A DNA stretch of 63,171 nucleotides, the filler included, from Dicyema japonicum (taxonomy: Eukaryota; Animalia; Dicyemida), in NCBI GenBank assembly GCA_011109175.1. It is 12 parts of 12 records of this genome, joined end to end, with 100 filler letters (N's around TTAATTAATTAA, not from the genome) between each part and the next. Parts side by side here need not be neighbours in the genome. Positions count along the whole stretch, not along the records: positions 61,189 to 63,171 come from RDEW01000084.1; 11 more parts are not named here. One strand, written 5' to 3'. The position numbers and the translations under genes are program-made. The notes beneath the pieces are model-generated. The model searched no databases. It was given only the letters and a program-made list of their open reading frames with translations, and was not told where the DNA came from. Positions 63,033 to 63,171 of this stretch are shown here, piece after piece (positions within the stretch are counted from its first letter, which is position 1; each line of letters starts with the position of its first letter).

Positions 63033-63171
63033 AAATTTCTGCTATTTATAAATTAAAAACAAACTTTCATTCTTGTTCACTTGAAAATGAATTATTTTTC
63101 TTTCTTTTTTAACAGAATATCTATTTGATAAACCAACAGTCATAATTAAACTATTTAGAATTGATTGGCTG

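Overview
AT-rich eukaryotic draft-assembly sequence, not prokaryotic. It is about 12 pieces joined by artificial 100-bp spacers (44 N + TTAATTAATTAA + 44 N), so adjacency across spacers is unproven. Most of the window is decayed transposable elements: non-LTR retrotransposons (CRE, R4/Dong, RTE and APE-type Jockey/I-like), Buster-type hAT, Tc1/pogo, Ginger/KRBA2-like integrases, a piggyBac-type MITE, a probable tRNA-derived SINE and a 167-bp satellite. Largely missed by the ORF track are eight recognisable host genes or gene fragments interrupted by miniature GT-AG introns of 20-27 nt. Two look intact (TTC39 5' part, CINP-like). Six look pseudogenised but keep their introns (RPS15A, alpha-actinin, CKAP5/XMAP215, ANAPC1, RPUSD2-like, proteasome beta subunit). 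One tRNA-Ala(UGC) is present. Animal-type genes with tiny introns at apparently ancestral positions suggest a reduced parasitic metazoan such as a myxozoan or dicyemid (inference only). Highlights: the miniature-intron system, a LINE carrying a virus-like 2A (DVELNPGP) peptide before its endonuclease, a CRE element with twin-priming-like inversion, a MITE carrying a captured 85-bp segment, and a satellite with A/B higher-order structure. All protein assignments come from manual translation and recalled family motifs, not database searches. TE boundaries are approximate.
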